Positions 56,449-64,000 of a stretch of DNA of 64,000 nucleotides are shown here, piece after piece (the first letter of the stretch is position 1; each line of letters opens with the position of its first letter). This DNA is from a virus (Duplodnaviria > Caudoviricetes). The stretch spans positions 96,001-160,000 of IMG/VR virus record IMGVR_UViG_3300042892_002922. One strand, 5' to 3'. The notes under the pieces are model-generated. The model had not been told where the DNA came from and searched no databases. It saw only the letters and a list, made by a program, of their open reading frames with translations. The translations under genes and the position numbers were made by a program.

Positions 56449-59400
56449 TGGCAAAATATAAGGTACCAAGTCAAGCAACGAGCGGAAATCAAACATTTTC
56501 CGACAGTATTATCGGTAGTCAAATTACCGATGGAACTAGTCAATTGACCAATACCAATTTTGCTTTAGATAAAATCATACCAGAAAAAGATTCAAAATCG
56601 TTTAAAACTGCGCCGTTTTCGGATTTTTTAACATTAGAAGATTTAAAAATTGAAACAGAATCACCAACAACTGTTACACAGTCAACAGGTGAAAAAAGAC
56701 CAATCAAATTTAATGATTCTAAAGCAGATGCCGGAAAATCATTATATGGTTCATTAAGAGAAAGATTTAGAGTTTCAACAGCTAGGATTATTAATAATTT
56801 CCCAGCAGCACTTTTAGCAGATAGTACATCACCTGTTGGTGTTAACAAAAACACCGCTGAAAATATTGTTTACAATATAATTACAAATAGAACTACGTTT
56901 ACATTACAAACATCATTAATGTATAACCCATTAGATGTTGTTTTGGTTGAACCGACAGTTGTTGTTACTGGAGAAACGACAAATAGTATAAGAAATTTAT
57001 ATTCAGCATATAAAAAATATGCCGTTGATGTTAACAACACAACTTATACTGTAACAAAATATACGGAGCCAGATGTTAATAATGTTGTTGGGTTCGAAGT
57101 TATTGGTAAGCCATTTACTGGTTCAACATATACAAGTTCATATTTAATTCGCCCAAATAATGGCGTTGTCGAAGAGTTTTATATAGGGTTAGACGATTTA
57201 GAACAAACAATTTTAAATAGAGAAACACTACCAATATATAAGACAACGTTTCAAATACCTAGAGATACTTCCGGCGGAACAAAAACCGAAATTATTCCAG
57301 TTGAAGTTAATTGGCCAGTATCTAAAGACGGTTGGAATATTAGAATTGTTGGTTTAGAATACCAAAACTATATTGACACTGTTAACTCAATTGCGATTGA
57401 GGTAGATGAGTACAAATCTGATTTAATAATTAGATTTCTATCATCACCACAATTATTTGAATTTGATACAGATGACCAAAAAACCAATAAAATTTTCCAA
57501 TTATATGGTCAAAATTTTGATAAGGTTAAAAAATATATTGACAACATTGCATACATGCGTAATGTTAGTTATGATACCATCAATAACATACCAGATGTAT
57601 TCTTAAAAAACTTAGCAAACACGTTAGGTTTTAATACAATTAATATGTTTGATGAGAAAACATTACAAGATCAAATATATAACGCTTCAATTCAAACATA
57701 CGACGGGGTTTCAATAGGTAAAAACTTAGTTGAAGCAGAACTTGAATTTTATAGAAGAATTGTTGTTAACCTAGCACATATCTATAAATCTAAAGGTACT
57801 AGAAGTAGTTTAGATTTCTTTTTAAGGTTTATAGGTGCACCACCACAAATGGTAAAAATTGATGAGTTCGTTTATAACGTTGAATCAAGTTTACCTAGTT
57901 CAACAATTGAGCAAGATATCTTTGATGTTATGCAAGGCAACAAAGTCAATAAAACGTTAACCTTTAACACTACTGGTTACACATATGACATTGTTGAAGA
58001 AACGGCATCAACATCATTTAGTTCTAGAACCGATTTCCCTGTTGATGAAAATACTGGGTTACCAATATCACCAACAACAAATGATGAGAACGTGTTCTTC
58101 CAAATGGGTTCTGGTTGGTATGAGGAAACATTAGACCATAGATCATATGATGTTTTAGATGAAGCTAATTCAATTACAACAGGTAGAACTAAAACATTAA
58201 AAACCAAATCTAGAGAATTCACATATGGTGAGGACTTCTACAATTATTATAGAACATTACCAGGATTAGATTACGGTTATGAATTAAGAAGTAGTATTGA
58301 TAATGTTAAAGGACAAATAGTCGACGATTTAGATGCAACTAATTTAATATTAAATAGAAAAAATATAAACGTTTTCGTATCATCTTCAAAAGCAATTGAT
58401 TATGATATTTGGAGAAAATCACAAAACTTAACATTATCTTTTGGCACACTAGATGTTCAAACCGAGATTAGTTTTGCTGAGTATCTTGATAACGTATTAA
58501 AAAATCATATTAGAAATTCTCATGTAATAAAATACAAAAAGAATTACATCGCATTAGAAGAAATCTATCGTGAATACATTTCACATTCTGGTTTTACATC
58601 ATACGATTTTGTTAGTGTTTATGAATTTGTTGACAAGATGGGTCCTTATTGGCCTAACATCTTAAATCAAATTATTCCAGCAACAACTTTATGGTTAGGT
58701 GGTAACTTAACAGAGAATAATGTTTTCGGTAGACCAAAATATCAATACGTTAAACCATGTACCCCAACAGAGTTTGTTGATAATTTATATCCTGAATTTG
58801 AAACAGCTATTGAAGAGGATTTAGAAACTTTAATCGGTACTGAATCAAATTTAAGAGGTTTATTAAAACTTACGGGGGTAACATACCATTTAATTGTTGA
58901 CGTTGACGGAGTAGAATATACTGGAGACACTAAAGTTAATTTAACCGGTACCACACTATTTGATCAATTCACACCAAAAACTGGTTGCACTTCATTTGTG
59001 TCTGGAACATCTTATGCTCCACTTATTTGTGACTTTAAAGAATGGATTGGTTTAGATATTTCGACCATAAAAGTTTCTTGGAAAAATGCTTTATCAGATT
59101 TAATTGACCAGATTAATACAACACACACAAGAGATAGTGCAGGATGTATAACTGATTATATACCATATAGTGCAATTACATCAGGAGCAACATGTAATGT
59201 TGATTTACCAATATTATCTCATGAGTTTTTTGTTGACACTGACGGTATTGAAAAAGTTAAATTCTTTTCACAAAAAAACGCTGATGGTGTTTGTACAAAA
59301 CAAATTGATTTCTTCTTCTCTTCAGAATTTTTATATGAAGAGCCACCATGCATGCAAGTTTATGTTTCAACACCTTGCGACATATATGAAGAAGGTACCG

Positions 59401-62400
59401 AAGATTGTCGACTTAAAAGTGATGTTTACATTACAATTAGCGGAGCCACTAGAAATCAAGACGATGTAACTTCTTGGCCGGTTAACATATTTTATGATTG
59501 CGGAGAAAATGCCGAGAATTTCAACGAGAATATTAGTGGTTTAGAAATTCAACAAATTATTGGTGAGCCATGTATGTTTATCATACCAGACGTTTACGAA
59601 GATGGGGATATTGATGGTAATCCAATTGAATTATTATTTACAGACGCAGCAAACTGCGAACAAAAAATAAAAATTGAAGGTCTACAACTTAAAGTAGAGC
59701 ACGATCCATATCCACTAGGATATGGTAGATCACATACACAATTCTTTGAGTTAATTGGTACAAAAGACGCTTTAGTTTTATCAACAATGTCAGGTGTTAC
59801 TTTTTGTGACAACTACACTGGTTACACAATACAACCAAAAGTTCAATATCGCGAAACATTTAATTATGGTATTAAGCACGGGTCAATTGTGTTATCAGGT
59901 GCAACTGGTTTGATAAATGTTTCAGATAAATCAGCAGTTGACGCTGCGATTACCGCTGGTACCTTGATTAAAACTGAAATAGAAAATATAAGACCCGGTG
60001 ATTATATATTATCCGCAGATTTTAATCCATGCCCATTTGCCACAACAGATTTTAGAAACGTGGCAACAAATGGATACTCATTTAGTTTTACATATAAACT
60101 AATTCAAATAACAAATAAAGATTGTTTGGGTTCAGTTAAGAAGCATTTAATTAACAACCAATTTGAAGTTTTACCAACAACAGAATTAAGAATTTTGCGT
60201 GATGGTAATTTCACAAGTGCGTTTCCAGAAGATTTATTATTAAAAGAAACACCACCAGAAGAACCTTGTTGTGATGTTAATGCATCATATTATGACGGAT
60301 ACGCTGGGGATATGTTATTAGATCAGCTTGGTTTCCCAATTGAAGTTGAAACTGTTGAATTAGATTATTGCTCAAGAAGTATATTCTATCACTTGAACTG
60401 GAACGGTACAGGTGATGTGGTTCTTTTTAATGGTGACAATAACAAACAAATCTTATTATCATTCACACAAAATAAATTTGTTTCATTAAACTTTGATTTA
60501 GAACAATTATATGTAAATGGTTCTAACACAAACTATTTCCCTAGAGAAATGGGTATTGAGGATTGTGATAACACACCAGTTGTTGAATGTGGTGAAGTGT
60601 ATGTTGCACAAACAAGAACACCTACACCTACACCTACATTAACACCTACGGTAACACCAACAAAGACGCCAACAAGTACACCAACAAGTACGCCTACTCA
60701 AACTTTAACTAGCACACCAACTAGTACACCAACTAATACACCTACACTAGGTGTTACAAATACACCAACACAAACTGTAACTAGTACACCAACTAATACG
60801 CCTACGTTAACGTTAACGTCTACACCTACTTTAACACCAACTTTAACACCAACAAATACACCAACGTTAACCTTAACCGCTACACAAACACCTACGGCAA
60901 CAATTGAGTGTGATTTTAGTATTCAATATGTTGTAAATACTCCAACACCAACACCTACATCAACACAAACATTAACACCAACTAATACGCCTACGTTAAC
61001 GTTAACGTCTACACCAACCAATACCCCAACATTAACACCAACAGCGACTGTTGATTGTGATTTCGCAATTCAATACGTTGTTAATACACCAACGCCTACA
61101 CCAACTCAAACTTTAACTCAAACTCCGACGTTAACAGAAACGCCTACGAATACCCCAACATTAACGTTGACTAGTACACCTACAGAGACACCAACTCAAA
61201 CACCTACGTTAACACCTACGGCAACAATTGAGTGTGACTTTAGTATTCAATATGTTGTAAATACTCCAACACCAACACCTACACAAACCTTAACAACAAC
61301 ACCTACACAAACCCCAACTAATACTCCAACGGCAACCGTTGATTGTAATTTTGATTTTGATGTAATTGTTAACACACCAACACCTACACCGACTAGCACC
61401 CCAACTAATACTCCAACGTTAACACCAACTGAAACACCAACTAGCACTCCGACCAATACTCCGACTTTAACACCAACAGAGACACCTACATTAACACCGA
61501 CAGAGACGCCTACATTAACACCGACAGAGACGCCTACATTAACACCGACAGAGACACCTACATTAACACCAACACCGACTGTTGATTGTGATTTCGCAAT
61601 TCAATACGTTGTTAATACACCAACGCCTACACCTACACCAACTTTAACTGAAACTCCAACAAATACACCTACGTTAACCCCAACGGCTACTGTAGATTGT
61701 GCTTTTGATTTCGATGTAATTGTTAACACACCAACACCTACACCAACTAGCACCCCAACTAATACACCAACGTTAACTCCAACAGAGACACCGACTGAAA
61801 CGCCAACTAACACACCAACAGAGACACCAACAGAGACACCAACAGAGACACCTACTAATACGCCAACGTTAACACCTACACCGACTGTTGATTGTGACTT
61901 TAGTATACAATATATTGTTAATGACCCAACACCTACACCTACACCAACATTAACAGAAACACCGACTAATACACCTACAGAGACGCCAACATCAACACCT
62001 ACTGAAACACCTACATTAACCCCAACTAATACACCTACAGTAACTGTTGATTGTACTTTTGATTTTAATGTAATTGTTAATACCCCAACACCGACTCCAA
62101 CATCTACACCAACTAATACACCAACGTTAACTCCAACAGAGACACCGACTGAAACACCAACTAGTACTCCTACGTTAACGCCAACAGAGACACCTACTGA
62201 AACACCAACTAACACTCCGACACTAACGCCTACGCCAACAATTGATTGTGATTTCGCGATTCAATATATTGTTAACGACCCAACACCTACGCCTACATCA
62301 ACTCAAACGTTAACACCAACATTAACTGCAACACCAACTAATACACCTACATTAACATTAACGTCTACCCCAACGCCTACATTAGATTGTACATTTGAGG

Positions 62401-63152
62401 CATCATTCACTGAAATGATTGATGAAACACCAGGTGAAGGTGCACCGTGTTCTTCAGGTATGGATGTGGTATTCTTAGTTGATTATACAGGAAGTATGGG
62501 TAGCGCTATTAATGGAGTTAAATCATCAATTGCATCAATTGCAAGTACAATTCAAACAGAATCTAATAATAATTACAGATTAGGATTGGTTATTTTTGAT
62601 GAATATGGTGCGAGCAGTAATCCAAACTACAATAATGATTCAGGTTATTCATCATTACCTAGTGGTCAAAAATATATTAATATAAATTCCGTAGCAAATA
62701 GAAAACAAGTAATTACTGCAATGGAAAAAATGAGTACAAATAATATTTCGTCATTTACTACTCAATTAAATAAAATAAACAATGGAACATTTAGTATTGG
62801 TTCTGGGGGAGGTTCTCCCGAACCTAGTGATATGGGTGTTGATTTAGTTGCAACAAGTGATAAATCGGGGTATGAATATTTTGCCGGCACATTTAGAAGT
62901 AATGTATCTAAATTAATAATTTTAATTACAGACGCTCAACCAGGTGGTGACGATGACGCTTACAGTGCTACCGATGTTACATATGTTAATAGTTTAATAA
63001 CACCATTGTATAATCAAAATATTAAAGTGTTATTAATGACAACGGCACCTAATAACGTATTATATGACTTGGCAACTGGTACAAATGGTGCAACATATAG
63101 TGGATTTAGTGGGGCAAACATAATAACAGCAATACAAAACATATGTCCTTAA
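56448..63152 (+). CDS. Giant baseplate-anchored fibre protein: gp7/P2 gpI-like segment, Cys-rich region, ~600-aa Thr/Pro stalk with 10 Cys beads, C-terminal vWA domain
   Basis: [20 protein letters not shown] (gpI/gp7-like). vWA motifs from 62460: [18 protein letters not shown] and [10 protein letters not shown]. Confidence 0.8.
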   Translation: MAKYKVPSQATSGNQTFSDSIIGSQITDGTSQLTNTNFALDKIIPEKDSKSFKTAPFSDFLTLEDLKIETESPTTVTQSTGEKRPIKFNDSKADAGKSLYGSLRERFRVSTARIINNFPAALLADSTSPVGVNKNTAENIVYNIITNRTTFTLQTSLMYNPLDVVLVEPTVVVTGETTNSIRNLYSAYKKYAVDVNNTTYTVTKYTEPDVNNVVGFEVIGKPFTGSTYTSSYLIRPNNGVVEEFYIGLDDLEQTILNRETLPIYKTTFQIPRDTSGGTKTEIIPVEVNWPVSKDGWNIRIVGLEYQNYIDTVNSIAIEVDEYKSDLIIRFLSSPQLFEFDTDDQKTNKIFQLYGQNFDKVKKYIDNIAYMRNVSYDTINNIPDVFLKNLANTLGFNTINMFDEKTLQDQIYNASIQTYDGVSIGKNLVEAELEFYRRIVVNLAHIYKSKGTRSSLDFFLRFIGAPPQMVKIDEFVYNVESSLPSSTIEQDIFDVMQGNKVNKTLTFNTTGYTYDIVEETASTSFSSRTDFPVDENTGLPISPTTNDENVFFQMGSGWYEETLDHRSYDVLDEANSITTGRTKTLKTKSREFTYGEDFYNYYRTLPGLDYGYELRSSIDNVKGQIVDDLDATNLILNRKNINVFVSSSKAIDYDIWRKSQNLTLSFGTLDVQTEISFAEYLDNVLKNHIRNSHVIKYKKNYIALEEIYREYISHSGFTSYDFVSVYEFVDKMGPYWPNILNQIIPATTLWLGGNLTENNVFGRPKYQYVKPCTPTEFVDNLYPEFETAIEEDLETLIGTESNLRGLLKLTGVTYHLIVDVDGVEYTGDTKVNLTGTTLFDQFTPKTGCTSFVSGTSYAPLICDFKEWIGLDISTIKVSWKNALSDLIDQINTTHTRDSAGCITDYIPYSAITSGATCNVDLPILSHEFFVDTDGIEKVKFFSQKNADGVCTKQIDFFFSSEFLYEEPPCMQVYVSTPCDIYEEGTEDCRLKSDVYITISGATRNQDDVTSWPVNIFYDCGENAENFNENISGLEIQQIIGEPCMFIIPDVYEDGDIDGNPIELLFTDAANCEQKIKIEGLQLKVEHDPYPLGYGRSHTQFFELIGTKDALVLSTMSGVTFCDNYTGYTIQPKVQYRETFNYGIKHGSIVLSGATGLINVSDKSAVDAAITAGTLIKTEIENIRPGDYILSADFNPCPFATTDFRNVATNGYSFSFTYKLIQITNKDCLGSVKKHLINNQFEVLPTTELRILRDGNFTSAFPEDLLLKETPPEEPCCDVNASYYDGYAGDMLLDQLGFPIEVETVELDYCSRSIFYHLNWNGTGDVVLFNGDNNKQILLSFTQNKFVSLNFDLEQLYVNGSNTNYFPREMGIEDCDNTPVVECGEVYVAQTRTPTPTPTLTPTVTPTKTPTSTPTSTPTQTLTSTPTSTPTNTPTLGVTNTPTQTVTSTPTNTPTLTLTSTPTLTPTLTPTNTPTLTLTATQTPTATIECDFSIQYVVNTPTPTPTSTQTLTPTNTPTLTLTSTPTNTPTLTPTATVDCDFAIQYVVNTPTPTPTQTLTQTPTLTETPTNTPTLTLTSTPTETPTQTPTLTPTATIECDFSIQYVVNTPTPTPTQTLTTTPTQTPTNTPTATVDCNFDFDVIVNTPTPTPTSTPTNTPTLTPTETPTSTPTNTPTLTPTETPTLTPTETPTLTPTETPTLTPTETPTLTPTPTVDCDFAIQYVVNTPTPTPTPTLTETPTNTPTLTPTATVDCAFDFDVIVNTPTPTPTSTPTNTPTLTPTETPTETPTNTPTETPTETPTETPTNTPTLTPTPTVDCDFSIQYIVNDPTPTPTPTLTETPTNTPTETPTSTPTETPTLTPTNTPTVTVDCTFDFNVIVNTPTPTPTSTPTNTPTLTPTETPTETPTSTPTLTPTETPTETPTNTPTLTPTPTIDCDFAIQYIVNDPTPTPTSTQTLTPTLTATPTNTPTLTLTSTPTPTLDCTFEASFTEMIDETPGEGAPCSSGMDVVFLVDYTGSMGSAINGVKSSIASIASTIQTESNNNYRLGLVIFDEYGASSNPNYNNDSGYSSLPSGQKYININSVANRKQVITAMEKMSTNNISSFTTQLNKINNGTFSIGSGGGSPEPSDMGVDLVATSDKSGYEYFAGTFRSNVSKLIILITDAQPGGDDDAYSATDVTYVNSLITPLYNQNIKVLLMTTAPNNVLYDLATGTNGATYSGFSGANIITAIQNICP
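60610..62400 (+). repeat. Low-complexity Thr/Pro coding array punctuated by ten ~15-aa Cys-containing motifs
   Basis: ACACCAAC/ACACCTAC-rich DNA. Includes a 24-nt tandem repeat (acattaacaccgacagagacgcct, encoding TLTPTETP) near 61490-61570. Confidence 0.9.
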
Positions 63153-63165
63153 TATAGAATAAAAA

Positions 63166-64000
63166 ATGGCAAAAAAATATCACATATTAATAACAGGAGG
63201 CACTTCACAAGGACCGTATACGGTATATTATGATAGTGTAAATGTTTCTAATATTGCAACTTTATTTTCAAATAGTAATCCTGCTACGAATTTATCATAT
63301 AGTGATTTAACGACTAGTCCAGGAGTTTTAGTGTCGATGCCAGATTCTATTACAACAATAATTTTATATAACGATAGTTGTAATTCGGACATTACTTATA
63401 TTTTACCTACACCAATCCCAACACAAACACCAACTAATACACCTACAGAGACCCCAACAGCAACACCTACACCAACATTAACAGAAACACCGACAGCGAC
63501 ACCTACACCTACATTAACAGAAACACCGACAAACACACCTACGTTAACACCTACAGCAACAATTGATTGTGACTTTAGCATTCAATACGTTGTTAATACT
63601 GCAACACCAACACCTACACCTACACCTACATTAACACCTACGAATACGCCTACATTAACGTTGACAAGCACACCTACAGAGACGCCAACATCAACACCTA
63701 CTGAAACACCTACGTTAACCCCGACTGAAACACCTACGAATACGCCTACATTAACGTTGACAAGCACACCTACTAATACCCCAACTATTGATTGTAATTT
63801 TGCAATTCAATACGTTGTTAATACTGCAACACCAACACCAACTCCGACACCAACGTTAACACCTACGAATACACCTACATTAACGTTGACAAGTACACCT
63901 ACGGAAACACCAACAAACACACCTACAAACACACCTACATTAACCGCAACTAATACACCAACATTAACACCTACGCTAACACCTACGTTAACACCTACGG
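63166..64000 (+). CDS. 5' part of a further Thr/Pro-stalk virion protein (runs off the window end)
   Basis: Manual translation: [83 protein letters not shown]..., then PT tracts with [12 protein letters not shown] and [12 protein letters not shown] beads. Open to the end of the window. Confidence 0.85.
   Translation, partial: MAKKYHILITGGTSQGPYTVYYDSVNVSNIATLFSNSNPATNLSYSDLTTSPGVLVSMPDSITTIILYNDSCNSDITYILPTPIPTQTPTNTPTETPTATPTPTLTETPTATPTPTLTETPTNTPTLTPTATIDCDFSIQYVVNTATPTPTPTPTLTPTNTPTLTLTSTPTETPTSTPTETPTLTPTETPTNTPTLTLTSTPTNTPTIDCNFAIQYVVNTATPTPTPTPTLTPTNTPTLTLTSTPTETPTNTPTNTPTLTATNTPTLTPTLTPTLTPT

Noticed and set aside
61247-62215. Long Val/Gly-rich minus-strand ORFs (also 4956-5279, 5451-5705, 6572-6763, 63396-63767)
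   Set aside because: They are the antisense shadow of Thr/Pro codons (ACN/CCN read as NGT/NGG), which rarely produce stop codons. There is no independent coding signal.
60610-64000. Regularly spaced conserved DNA motifs separated by variable spacers, superficially CRISPR-like
   Set aside because: The units are in-frame protein repeats with synonymous variation and irregular spacing, and no cas genes or palindromic repeats are present.
1-64000. Stop-codon reassignment, as seen in some large phages
   Set aside because: Conserved enzymes are full length in code 11, and TAG (e.g. 22057, 39456) and TGA (29875) end complete-looking proteins.

Overview
This is a 64-kb segment of an AT-rich, large contractile-tailed (myovirus-type, distantly T4-like) bacteriophage genome, read in the standard code (table 11). 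Virion genes (neck, head closure, tail terminator, sheath, tube, tail chaperone, tape measure, baseplate hub and wedge, giant Thr/Pro-rich fibre proteins) are interleaved with replication genes (family B DNA polymerase, SNF2-type helicase, gp32-like SSB, RecA, 5'-3' exonuclease, DnaB-like helicase, nrdB-nrdA). A Bacteroidota host is inferred from TAnnTTTG-like promoters, A-rich leaders without a Shine-Dalgarno sequence and the RNR type. Main observations: (1) a candidate programmed +1 frameshift (TTT_TTT_CGT) at the tail-chaperone locus between tube and tape measure; (2) a modular virion-decoration region in which LamG, vWA, a domain typical of PEP-CTERM surface proteins, Cys-bearing beta-strand 'beads' and a Nal1-type trypsin protease are linked or flanked by Pro/Thr linkers; (3) an 80-aa ubiquitin-like protein without the C-terminal GG; (4) an RHH gene missing from the ORF track, preceded by three GATAAA repeats at exact 10-bp spacing; (5) a recurrent TATTTAT upstream motif, the reverse complement of the T4 late promoter core; (6) a parS-like site in a terminator loop; (7) an OmpA-like domain inside a baseplate protein. 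All family assignments come from motif recognition by eye; no database searches were run. No tRNA, CRISPR array, intron, intein or transposase was seen.
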